From assembly GCF_009914755.1 (NCBI RefSeq), contig NC_060925.1: a stretch of DNA of 64,000 nt. The stretch is one strand, 5' to 3'. Shown here in pieces: positions 12,421 through 23,859 of the stretch. Source of the DNA: the human T2T-CHM13v2.0 reference genome, Homo sapiens. The notes beneath the pieces are model-generated. The model was not told the DNA's origin. It worked only from the letters and a program-made list of their open reading frames with translations, and did no database searches. The translations under genes and the position numbers were made by a program. Each line of letters starts with the position of its first letter. Positions within the stretch are counted from its first letter, which is position 1.

Positions 12421-14089
12421 AAGCAGTAGTCCTTCCCCACTCACTGCCTCACTTTCCCAAGGAGGCAGGAAGTACTGGGGTCAAGTAAGGAGGTGGCAGA
12501 GGCAACAGGAGCTGCAGGAGAAAGCAGCAGGGAGGAGGGTCAGACAGGACCCTGGTAGAGGGTGGGCAAGCCTTGGAGCTCTGGCCTGAGATTTTGCTGA
12601 ACAGAAACTACACAGAAATGCCAGGCATGAGCAGCTCGTGGCTACTGAGGGCTCCATCCTATCTCTTGACTTCTCTTGAGCCAAGGATTGCCCCACAGAG
12701 TTCGAGTAGGGAGGCCAGCTCAGACACCACTTTGCTCTGGTTTGCTGTTAGATCTCTACAGGAGCACTAAGGTGGGAGCATCTATCTTTGGGGCTTGCAT
12801 AGGGGATGAGGAAGGTGCCACAGAGCTAGCCTTGATGGAGGAACAGGAACTGATAGAGCAGAGAAAGGGACAAGAGTAAAGGGAACAGTGTGCAAAGGCA
12901 CAGGGATGGGGACATCCAAGGTGGTTGGAGGCCCAGATGGCCCTAAGGGAAGGGGGCGATGAGGCTGGAGGACATCAGAGGGCTCTTTAGTATCAGCCTG
13001 GTTTTGGACCCAAGCCCGCAGGTGACAAGGACGAATGGGCATTGGAGCAGTGTGAGGTTGGACTTTCGTTGGTGGTTTATTTGCTGCCGAGCCTGGGTGT
13101 GTGGGCTCTGCTTTCTCTGGGGGGTGCCAGAGCCTCATGCCTTCCTTTGGATATTGGTTCCTCCTGGCCCCAGGCTGCCCACTCTAGGATCCGCTGCTGA
13201 TCCTGAGCCCACTCACCTGGAGACATCTGTGTCCCATGGTCCCCAGCTGCCCTTCTATCCCTTCTCCACTGCAGACCCTAGTGCCGAGGATTTGCACATG
13301 GCCTCGGGTCCCTGGCATCATCCAGGTCACATCTTTTGCCAGGAAGAGGCCTGGACTGAGAACCTGAACTTCACCCCAGATGGCAGGGCAAGTGACTCTC
13401 AGGGTGTCTGTGGCTCTGTCTGACACAGGTGTGTGTTCCTAGGCCAGGCTGGGGCCCCAGAGTTGGGTGGGGGCAAGGGGTAGGATGGGGAGGCTCCTGG
13501 GGCTCTGAGACAGGGATGGGATGACATTCTTGACATGTGAGGTTTCATCCAGGTCCCATATGTCCCTGTGGATGCTGGGATTGTTATCTTCGTTATAGTG
13601 GAGGCCCACTGTCACATGGATGAATTTGGGATTCAGTCTCCTGTCTTTGACCTCTCCGTATGCAGGAAGGAAGGCCAGGAGGGAAGGAGGAAATGGGAAT
13701 CATAGAGGGGATCAGAGCCCTCACCACAGCCCCACAGGAGGTCACTGCAGTAACAGGTGCTGGGTCATTTTCCCCATCAGGTAGTCAGGGTCAGTCTCCT
13801 GAGGGAGGGGCTGGGCTGAGCCTTTGACTGTGATGCAACCTGGACAGGCATCCACACCTGACCTTGGGCTTGGGCTGTGATGGGTGGACACAAGATGCAG
13901 GGCCGCACTTGGATCCTGAAAGACCCCAGGTACCAGGGAGGCCAGGAGGTAGCACAGGGTTGGTGGTAGGTGGGGGCACAGTCCTTGTCCCCTGTCTCTA
14001 ATGAAAGCTAGGAGAGCTTGGGCTTGAGCGTCAAGGTGGAGATGGCCACTGGGGTGGACAGCAGAGTGTCCCCTGCCACATTAGGGGTA

Positions 14090-14290
14090 GGTGTGGGAGA
14101 GCTCTGGCTTTGGAATCCAGCAGCCCTAAGACCCAAGCCTGGCTCCGTCATTTCCCAGCTTTGTGGCCTCAGGAGTCATTTAACCCACCTGAGCTTCAGT
14201 TTGCCCCCTTTGTAAAATCGCAGTACCTACTCACAGGATGGTTATCAGGATTAAAGGAGCCTAGCCTATGTTAGGCATGTAGTAGGTGGT
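14090..14290 (+). mobile_element. MIR
   Basis: ctctggctttggaatccag...tgagcttcagtttgcccctttgtaaaat. Confidence 0.65.
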
Positions 14291-14323
14291 GCCCTTCTCT
14301 GGCTTCAGCATTTGAAGCACATG

Positions 14324-14543
14324 CCAGTGGTGTGCGAGAGCTGGTTTGCACTGGCTCATGAGGGCTGATCGTGCACACTTCTTCCCAATTCTGCACTCGG
14401 TGACGTCATGTGGCAGTTTAAAATTGGCTATGATGTGAGTATCCGTACCACAGAAAGCAGCAACAGCTACAAATCAAATCAGGTAGGTTTTTTTTTTAAC
14501 TTCCAGAAGAGCTGGTGGTTAAACATTTGCCAGCACACCACTA
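14324..14543. mobile_element. MER63A-like hAT-Blackjack MITE
   Basis: Terminal inverted repeats CAGTGGTGTGC / GCACACCACT. Internal cttcccaa..gtgacgtca..gctacaaatca..gttaaacatttgccagc matches my recollection of MER63A. Confidence 0.75.
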
Positions 14544-14612
14544 AATGTGCCCCAGAAAAGGTAACTTCCCCTAGTCCCACTGCCCAGGATCAGAAGAAGA
14601 TGGCACAGAGAT

Positions 14613-14991
14613 GGCCAGGCAAGTTGGCTCACACCTGTAATCCCAGCACTTTGGGAGGCCGAGGCAGGAAGATCACTTGAGGTCAGGAGTTTGAAACCAA
14701 CGTGGGCAACATAAGAAATCCTCCTCTCTACAAAAAATATAAAAATTAGCCGAGTGTGGTAGCGCACACCTGTGGTCCCAGCTACTCGGGAGGGTAGGGC
14801 GGGAGGATCACTTGAGCCCAGGAGGTCAAGGGTACCATGAGCTATAATTGCACCACTGCACTCCAGCCTGGGTGACAGAGGGAGGCCCTGGCTCTAAATA
14901 AATAAATAAATAAATACCCTGGCAAGAAAGAAAGAAAGAAAGAGGAAAAGAAAAGAAAAGAAAGAATGAACGAACCTGGCTATAAATAAAT
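14613..14991 (+). mobile_element. AluJ with composite (TAAA)n/(GAAA)n tail
   Basis: J-type gggaggatcacttgagcccaggaggtcaagg; TSD aagaagatgg(c/t)acag at ~14594 and ~14992. Confidence 0.9.
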
Positions 14992-15279
14992 AAGAAGATG
15001 GTACAGCAACCATGAGTCCATGTCCCAGAATCCATCCTGTGGGCCCTCTGTAGCCATGGTGGGGACAGAACAGGAGGCAGGGCAATAGTGGAGTTCTGGC
15101 TTGGCCAAGCAGCCTAGAACTCAAAGTCCATGGCCCCTTCTGGGCCTGGAGAAATTGGATGGTTATAGCACCAGGCAGCCCTTGTGGGTGGGGGACAGCA
15201 AATGAGGGACCTCTCTTTTCTCTACACTCTCCTTTGGCTCCCGGAGATCTGGCAGGCCCTGGCTGGAGGCATAAGATTA

Positions 15280-15810
15280 GAGGAGGTTGAGCTGTTGGAG
15301 AATGAAGCTGTGTTGGGAGAAGAAATGAGGTTGTACCGGAAGATCAACGAGGTTGTGCTGTCAGGGAATGAGGTGGTACTTGGGGGCAAGGTGAGGCTGC
15401 ATTATTAGATAAATGAGGTTGTACTGTCAGGGGATGAAGTGTACTTGTAGTAGAGATGACGTCCTGCTGGATCAGTCGGCTTTTGCTCCATCAGAGAACA
15501 CAGCCACACCACAGGAGGAAGGAGAGTGTCCGACTCAGAGGATAAATGAGGGTGTCCTGCTGGATAAATGAGGGGGCCCGTCAGGTGAATGGAGTGCTGT
15601 TAGCAAATGAGGTTGTACTTGCTGGATAAATGGGACTGGTGTGCTGGATAAATGGGGTTGTGCTGTCAGGTGAATGCATTACTGCTCGTGGGTGAAGGGC
15701 ATCCTGGGAATAGATGAGGGTGTCCTGCTGGATAGATGAGCTGCCACCACCAAATGGATCAGACCCTGTCCATGAGGGAGGCACCATCAGCAACGACGAG
15801 GTTATCCTGT
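15280..15810. repeat. Degenerate ~22-bp tandem repeat (consensus ~ATAAATGAGGTTGTGCTGCTGG) with a 66-bp higher-order period
   Basis: Monomer starts at 15280, 15301, 15324, 15346, 15367, 15390, 15412, 15433, then 15545, 15567, 15588, 15606, 15629, 15651, 15673, 15691, 15713, 15735. Confidence 0.8.
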
Positions 15811-16169
15811 TCCCACTGGGGCTCCTGGAGCGTCTTCTGGCCCAGGGGAGACCTCGGTGTGTGCCAGCCCTGGGTTATCCAAGTCTCTCTGGGGAGCAGG
15901 GTGGGGGGCTGGGGAGGGCAGGCAGCTGCATTGTGCACCGTGGGACCTCTCCTTCACCCCCAATGGATGCCCTACTCCTCTCCCTGGCACCCCTCAGTGG
16001 GTCAGACTGCTTCGGACATTCTCACCCCACTGCCTGCTTCTCATCCTGCCTGTGTCTTCTTTCTGCCCAGTTTGGAAAAGCCCCTATTATGTGTCAGCCA
16101 CTCTGCCCAGTCTTATTTAATCTCCCTATAACACAGTATTACTCCTCCTTGCACATACACACTTTCTCT

Positions 16170-16830
16170 TATTCATTCATCCATTCATTCATTTGACAAA
16201 CATTTAAGTGTCTAGTATGTACCAAACACATGAGGTACAGTTTTAAAAAGGATAAAAATCACTGCCCTCATGAAACTTATATTCTAATATAAAGATAGGA
16301 TAAATAATGTATTAATTTAGAATGTGAAAATGCTTTAGAAAAACATAGAGCAGGATCAGGGGGCCAAGAAATTCCAGGGAAGAGGAACAGTTTTTAAGAG
16401 AGGTCAGGATGGGCCCCGTTCCAAGAGATGGCATCTGAACAAAGACTGGAAGGAGAGGAGCGATCTCTGTGGATATCTGGGGGCAGGCGGGACCATGCCT
16501 GGCAGGTTTGAGGATGGGAGGGAGGGATGGAGCGGGGTACCTGCATGGTCACTGTGGGTCTTGTGGGCCATGGCAAGGCCTTTGTTCCTCACTGTGAGTG
16601 AGATGGAGGGTGTCGGAGGGATCTGGGCAGGAATGGACGTGATCTCGGTTATTTGAAGGGTCACTCTGGCTGCTGCGTGGAGTGCTATAAGGAGGTGAGG
16701 GAGGGAGCAGGGAGCCATTTGAGGAATGGAGCTTGAAAACATCTTGCCCCAGGGTCATAGCACTCACAGGTGATGGGGCTGAAACGGGGAATCCAGTTCG
16801 AACGCTACAGCTGATGTACTTTGCCCTACT
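16170..16830 (-). mobile_element. L2 (LINE2) 3' fragment
   Basis: attcattcatccattcattcatttgacaaacattt...ctgccctcatgaaactta...ggtcactctggctgctgcgtggag. Confidence 0.75.
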
Positions 16831-18290
16831 CTAGCCTCCTCCCTGGTGGGGGAATCCCTGGGGGCTGGGCTCCCTGGCCCAGGTTCTGAAGGAGAACGGG
16901 GTAGGCATGAGATATAACCCACTGTCCTTTCCCTCTGCCCCCAGATGGTCTCCCTCGGGCCCTGAATCAGGTATGTCCTGACTCCCCTAGCAACATGCTC
17001 CAGGTCTGGATGTAGGTGTGGGAGGCATGAGGCCCCAGAAGCTGGGCCCAGCTCTGGGCACCTGGGGAGCCCGGGCATGCCAGGGCTGTGGCTGTGGTGG
17101 TGGGTTGCTAGGCGACTCTAAGAGGGAGCCCTGGTTACTGCTGCCTGGCAGAGGCATCTCCCTCCTCTGCCTCTTTCACCTCCTCCATGGCCTCTGGCCT
17201 CCCAGGAGGCCTTGTGGTATGAGCCAGAGCTGTGATCAGTGCTTGCCACTGGATCTGGCAGGGAGCTCTGATTGGTACCAGGTGGCTGGGCCCTGAGGAG
17301 CCAGACTGGGCTGCAGGGCCTGAGCTTCTCTCATGGGGCACAGCCCTGGAGCATACCTGGTTCAGAGCCCAGCTCAGCAGTCAGAGGCCTAGGTCCTCGC
17401 TCAGCTCTGAGCCACCTTGTCTGACCCTGAGCAAGGCATGGCATCCCTCTGTGCCTCAAAGACCCCATCCATCTGGCCTGCAGAATCCTCCCCAGGAGCT
17501 TCATTTTCTGTGAAAAAGGGTGCTGAGTGCACAGGGATCCAGGTACTCCTGTCCCCACCACCATTGGCTTGAGTGTGTAACGCTTAAGTTTTGCACTAAA
17601 TCTCATTTACAGAAAGAGTTCCCCTATTTAAGAAAAATGTTTGAAAACCTCTGGACTGAATGATTCTAAGGATTTTCATTGTCAAACTGAAAAGGTTCCC
17701 AGAGTACAACTTGCCCATCTCCTTAGTTTATAGTTCAGGACACTGAGGCCCCCAAAGAAGGAGAAACTTCATCTAGGTCAGGCTTGGTAGAGTGGGAGGA
17801 ACACGGGGCTGGGGGTCGGGAGGCCTGGGCTCACATCCCTGCTCTGCCACCAGGTCTCGGACAGCCTTGGGCAAGTCCTTTCTTCCCCATGGGTTGGGCC
17901 AGCCATGGTTTCAGGCTGAGGCCTGAGCTCCAGGGGTACCTGGCTGGATATGGGACAGAGCAGGGAAGGATGCAAACCTTCAGAGGCCTGGAGCTTGTCT
18001 TGGCGGTAATTCTAAAACATGTGAATAATGTGTATAAAGAAAATGTGGGTGGATTATGAAGTCTATGCAAAGTTTCCTTGAAGTCTAAAAAGGAAGCTTA
18101 GACTTGCAGGAAATTTTGACCTGTGCAACATGCCCCCAGACTTCCCCTGCTGCCAGCTTCTAGGGATGGTTTACATGGAAAGTTTGAGGAGCACTGGAAT
18201 ACTGGCTTCCTAAGATTCTTTGGGATTCTCAGACCTGTTTCTGTCTTCCATGGCAGAATGTGATATCCTTTAGACTTAGAATAAGACCAA

Positions 18291-18770
<480 letters not shown>

Positions 18771-21057
18771 TGCTGGTACCTGGTACTGTCCTTCCTCCAG
18801 GACATAATGACATTGATAAAGAGGTGTTGCCTGAGTGACCTCCAGCTGGAGAAATGGGGAGGTGGGAGGTGGAGCCTCTTGTAAGCCAGACAGTCCTATG
18901 GGGGAGGAGAACTGAGGCCTCCTAGGAGGCTGAACACAGGTGTTGGGGAGGGGCTGGGGAGCCAGGTGCAGGGGTGGGAACAGGAAGGGGGTATCTACTT
19001 GAGGGAGCACTGCTACCTGGGGGCCCAGCTCCCCTCCCCTCAGGGTCTCCAGAGAACCAGGCAGGGCAAGGCTGGCAAGTCCCAGCTGTTGCCTTCAAAG
19101 GCCAGAAAGTGCCAGAGACAGGGAGCCTGGGGCCCTGAGGAGTCAGATCAGTGCCTGGAGCTGGGGGTGAGGGGTGGGAGGGTACCCTGGGCAGCAGGAA
19201 GGACCCCTCCTCCAGGAGACTGGTGGGAAGGAGGCAGGAGGGAGAGCCTCACAGAGCAGTGGCTGTGAGTGTGGCTGGGTGGATTCACAGGTTAAGAGCA
19301 GGTCCATGAGCTGGGCAGAGCTGGAGTGGTACCGGGCATCGTTGCCTAGCTGTGGGGCCACGGGAAGTTACATCATGCCTCTGGGCCTCCGGTCCCTAGT
19401 GTATGAAATTGGAGAATGCCAGCTTCCCAGAGTTGTTGGTGCCCAGCACAGTTGCACACAAGGCATGATGTTAAAGAGATGGAAACAGCAGGTCTGTTGG
19501 GGGACCGAAGGGGTGAGAGCTTCTGGCCAGAGTGAGGATATAACCAACGTTTATAAGCACCTGGTGTGCAAATACTTATTCATGCACATGTAATGATCTT
19601 ACAGCCTTAAGAGGTAGTTACTGAATGTAGCCCACTTTTTCAGAGTAGTTCACTGAGGCTCACAAGAAACTGAGTAAACACCCCATGGTCACATAGCTAG
19701 GCAGCCAAAGAGCCAGGCATCCTGTCCCACCCTCTGATACCCAAGCCCCTGCTGTTTCCATAGCAGTACCTGGACCAGGAAGTTGAGGCCACCAGGTGGG
19801 AGGCCCCAGAGGTGGGGTGCCGCAGGCCCAGCAGAAGTTCTACTCCAGATTCCAGTGGGGCCAGTGGACTTCCTGCCTTCCTCTGTCCTCAGAACAGGCC
19901 TGGCAAAAGCAGGCAGTGACATGGGGAGCACTGGAGACTGGCACAGCAGAATTAAAAAGAGGATGTATGGAGAGATGGCAGAGGTGAAGCCCAGGGAGGA
20001 ACCGAGGGACAGCAGAAAAGGCCACCTTGGGCAAGCCATTCCTCTCTCTGAGCCTAGGTCTTCTGGCGTGTGAATGGGGACTTTGCCACACACTGTGGGG
20101 ATTTTGAGAAGGCTCCAACAGCAAGGGGCTTGGAGGGCAGGCAGGTGGGTCAGGAGAGGAGGGCAGGGTGCAGCCCAAAGGGCAGGCAGGAGAGCTGGGC
20201 TGGCCTGAAGGTGGGCACTGAAGAGGGTGAAGGCTGAGGTCTCTGTGGCAAAAGGATGTCTTTTGAGGGGCCTGCTGGAATCCAAACCCTCTGTGGAGTT
20301 CACAGCAGCTAAGAGGAGTTGGGGTGATACCTCCGAAAAGTCTCAGGCCTGGACCCACCTTGGGGACCCCCAGCCTACTCTGTTTCCCCTGGCCAGGCCC
20401 TCCCAGCAAAGGGTTAACAGTCTTCTCTACCTGCAGTTGCATTTTAAAGACACGAAATTAAAGCAGGTAATTTATTCTCCCCACACACGAAAGAGCAATT
20501 AGTTCTAAACAGGGCTTAATCAGTCACCGCGAGATTGATTTCTGGAGCCCTGGGTTTTCGGGCTCCTGGCGCCACGCCAGGCTGGAGAGGGAGGGGGGCG
20601 GACAAATGAGCCGCGGCGGCATAAGCCCTTACGTAATCTGCTGGGGGCCCTGGCAGCCTGGTTAGCCCCGCGTGGGGCTTGGCTGAGCTGGGGAGACGGG
20701 GTCCTGCTCCCTGCTGCAGGCCCCCCGCAGGCTCAGAGTAGCCCACAGGGTTGGCCATGCCCCCAGGGAAAGGCTAGGCCCAAAGCTGTGGCCCCACCCT
20801 CTGGGCAGTCTCTGTGTGGGAGTGGGGAGGGATGGGGGGTGCAGTTCTGGGGCAGAGGGTGGGTACTCTGGGTTTGTCCAACCCGGTACTTACACCTGTC
20901 CCCTCCCTCTCCCAACCCCCTTACCTCATCCTCATCCCTATCTCCCTCCTCCTCCTACACTCTCTTATCCTCCCCCTCTTCTTTCCATCACGTCCCCTCT
21001 CTCCCCATGGCCTCCTCACCCCCCGACTCCCACCCGCGTCCTTGTCTCTGGCCACAG

Positions 21058-22323
21058 AACTCCATCCGGCACAACCTGTCGCTGCACACCCGTTTCATCC
21101 GCGTGCAGAACGAGGGCACCGGCAAGAGTTCGTGGTGGATGCTGAACCCCGAGGGCGGAAAGACAGGGAAGACCCCGCGGCGCAGGGCCGTGTCCATGGA
21201 CAACGGGGCCAAGTTCCTGCGCATCAAGGGCAAGGCGAGCAAGAAGAAGCAGCTGCAGGCGCCCGAGCGAAGCCCGGACGACAGCTCCCCGAGTGCGCCC
21301 GCCCCGGGGCCGGTGCCTGCCGCAGCCAAGTGGGCCGCCAGCCCCGCCTCGCACGCCAGCGACGACTACGAGGCTTGGGCCGACTTCCGCGGCGGCGGGA
21401 GACCCCTGCTCGGGGAGGCGGCCGAGCTGGAGGACGACGAGGCCCTGGAGGCCCTGGCGCCATCATCGCCGCTCATGTACCCAAGCCCCGCCAGCGCGCT
21501 GTCGCCGGCGCTGGGCTCGCGCTGTCCGGGTGAGCTGCCCCGCCTGGCCGAGCTGGGAGGCCCGCTGGGCCTGCACGGCGGCGGCGGCGCGGGGCTGCCC
21601 GAGGGCCTGCTGGACGGCGCGCAGGACGCGTACGGGCCGCGGGCCCGCGCCGGGACGCCCGCCTACTTCGGCGGCTGCAAGGGCGGCGCCTACGGCGGGG
21701 GCGGGGGCTTCGGGCCGCCGGCGATGGGCGCTCTGCGCCGTCTGCCCATGCAGACCATCCAGGAGAACAAGCAGGCCAGCTTCGTGCCGGCCGCGGCGCC
21801 CTTCCGCCCTGGGGCGCTGCCCGCGCTGCTGCCGCCGCCGCCGCCCGCGCCCAGGCCCGGCCCGGTGCTGGGTGCGCCGGGGGAGCTGGCGCTGGCGGGC
21901 GCAGCCGCCGCCTACCCCGGCAAAGGGGCGGCCCCGTACGCGCCGCCCGCGCCCTCGCGCAGTGCCTTAGCCCACCCCATCAGCCTTATGACGCTGCCCG
22001 GCGAGGCGGGCGCCGCGGGCCTGGCACCGTCGGGCCACGCCGCCGCCTTCGGGGGCCCGCCCGGCGGCCTCCTGCTGGACGCTCTGCCGGGGCCCTACGC
22101 TGCCGCCGCCGCCGGGCCGCTGGGCGCCGCGCCCGACCGCTTCCCGGCCGACCTGGACCTCGACATGTTCAGCGGGAGCCTCGAGTGCGACGTGGAGTCC
22201 ATCATCCTCAACGACTTCATGGACAGCGACGAAATGGACTTCAACTTCGATTCGGCCCTGCCTCCACCGCCGCCGGGCCTGGCCGGGGCCCCGCCCCCCA
22301 ACCAGAGCTGGGTGCCGGGCTGA
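21058..22323 (+). CDS. FOXO6: FOXO6 coding exon 2 (aa 139-559): rest of forkhead domain, Akt site RRRAVS (S184), basic NLS, C-terminal transactivation motif
   Basis: Acceptor ...tctctggccacAG|AAC, phase 0. Reads [31 protein letters not shown], then [10 protein letters not shown] and [24 protein letters not shown]...QSWVPG-TGA. 138+421 = 559 aa. Confidence 0.98.
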   Translation, partial: NSIRHNLSLHTRFIRVQNEGTGKSSWWMLNPEGGKTGKTPRRRAVSMDNGAKFLRIKGKASKKKQLQAPERSPDDSSPSAPAPGPVPAAAKWAASPASHASDDYEAWADFRGGGRPLLGEAAELEDDEALEALAPSSPLMYPSPASALSPALGSRCPGELPRLAELGGPLGLHGGGGAGLPEGLLDGAQDAYGPRARAGTPAYFGGCKGGAYGGGGGFGPPAMGALRRLPMQTIQENKQASFVPAAAPFRPGALPALLPPPPPAPRPGPVLGAPGELALAGAAAAYPGKGAAPYAPPAPSRSALAHPISLMTLPGEAGAAGLAPSGHAAAFGGPPGGLLLDALPGPYAAAAAGPLGAAPDRFPADLDLDMFSGSLECDVESIILNDFMDSDEMDFNFDSALPPPPPGLAGAPPPNQSWVPG

Positions 22324-23235
22324 GGGCCGCCTCCCGCCTCCGGGCGCCCCGTCCCGTCCCCAGGGGGCCTCTGTCTTCCCATCCTGATTCCCGGGTCCCT
22401 GCCCCCGACTCTAGCTCCCCAGGAGGCGGCCCCAGCCCAGCTAGGGACCCCTCTCGGAGGCCGGCCGCCGGGGAAGGGGAGGGAGGGGCCGGGGCACCCC
22501 ACTGCTCCTGCCCACACTCCTGAGATCCACCCCCTTCTCCTGGGCAGGAAGCCTGGGAGAGGAGGCTGAATTCCAGGCTGGCTGGGAGTAGGGAGGAGCG
22601 GGGTGGGCCGCCTGGTGTGGACGGTGGTCGGGGAAGCCAACTAGGAGATGGGCCAGGGAGCGTTTACAAATCTTCAGTTTCATTTGCGGAGGCCTAGCCG
22701 TGACCCCGCGCCCACCCCAAACACGGATCTGATTCCCACTTGACACACTTTCCCACTGGTCTTAGTCTCACCCACCCGAAGCCAGCAACCCTCTGCGGAA
22801 AACTCACACCTACCTATATCCATCCACCCTGAGCAGCCCTCCACCCCCAAATCGCCCTCCGACGACCGCCACCCCCACAGTTCAGTCTCCCCCTCCCATC
22901 CCTGCCGGCCCTCGCTTCTCCCCTCCCCCGTCGGAGTCAGTCCCTCTCTTCAACCGCCCCCACCCCCTAGTACTGGTCTCAGCTTCTCCAGCGGGCCTCA
23001 GCCCCGTCCACCCCCAACCCCGACGCCCCTTTCTCCGCGCCAGTTCTGGCCCTTCTCCCATATTTATAAGTGTCCGGCCGGGACGGGCGGTGGGCGCGGC
23101 GTCCCCGGCGCGTATCGTAGGCAGTGTACCGTGGCCGTGCCGTCAGAGTGTGCGTGTGCGTGTGTGCCGTGTCGAGGCTGTGTAGAGTGCATTGTACAGC
23201 ATATTTTCATGAATAAAATTGTTTTAAATATTTCC
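22324..23235 (+). other. FOXO6: FOXO6 3'UTR (C-rich, CpG-retaining); end approximate
   Basis: Runs from the stop codon to the first canonical AATAAA. TATTTAT at 23061-23067. Confidence 0.8.
23212..23217 (+). terminator. Polyadenylation signal AATAAA of FOXO6
   Basis: First AATAAA after the stop. TGTA (CFIm-type) motifs at 23181 and 23193, U-rich context; GC/CpG content falls shortly after. Confidence 0.85.
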
Positions 23236-23519
23236 CGCGCCTTGGGCTAGAGGAAGGGGAGTGGTGGCGGAGGATAATTGACAGGGAACTTGGGGCAGGG
23301 GGAGGGTTCCTGTGCCTGAGTCACTATTGTGGCTTTTTGTCTGGGTACTCGTCAGCCTTTGCTAAACTAATGCTCCTCTGCCCGGCACATATTGGTTAAG
23401 CGCCTACTGAGTCCCCCGTGCTGAAGATGTGCTTCGTCGAGCTCTGCACCTGTTTCTGTGAACATGTGCATGCACGAAGTTTTGGCCCAGGAAAATGCGT
23501 CCTAAATAAGCCTCAGAGA

Positions 23520-23850
23520 TTGGGAGAGGATGCACAAATATTTACTGAGAACCTTTAGTGCCAGGCTCTGTGTTGGGCACGATTTTTGTTCCCATTGTAC
23601 AGATGAGAAAACAAGGTCAGAGAGAGAAAATGACTTGGGAAGGAGGGTAGAGATGGTGAAAAGAGATCCCTTTGAGGTGCACAGACTGCTGTTGGAATCC
23701 ATTTCCTACAGTTTGCCAGCTGTGTGACCTCGGGCAAATTTTCAGCCTCTGAAGCCTTGTCTTCCTGGACTACACCATGGAATAGTAGCATCCATCTCAT
23801 GAACTTCTGTCAGGCATGAGGAAAGGTATGGAAAGTGTTCAGTGCAGGTC
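23520..23850. mobile_element. Two MIR fragments in opposite orientation
   Basis: cccattgtacagatgagaaaac (minus) and cagctgtgtgacctcgggcaaat (plus). Confidence 0.6.
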
Positions 23851-23859
23851 CTGCACTCG

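Larger units (their letters stand above)
20520..23250. promoter_or_regulatory. Intragenic/3' CpG island covering exon 2 and the 3'UTR
   Basis: Dense CpG from the end of the intron through the 3'UTR. Confidence 0.8.

Noticed and set aside
15280-15810. CRISPR-like interpretation of the periodic array
   Set aside because: Eukaryotic context, monomers are contiguous and degenerate, and there are no unique spacers or cas genes.
20814-22746. Overlapping ORFs in other frames and strands of exon 2
   Set aside because: Shadows of GC-rich codon usage, with no independent start context or homology.
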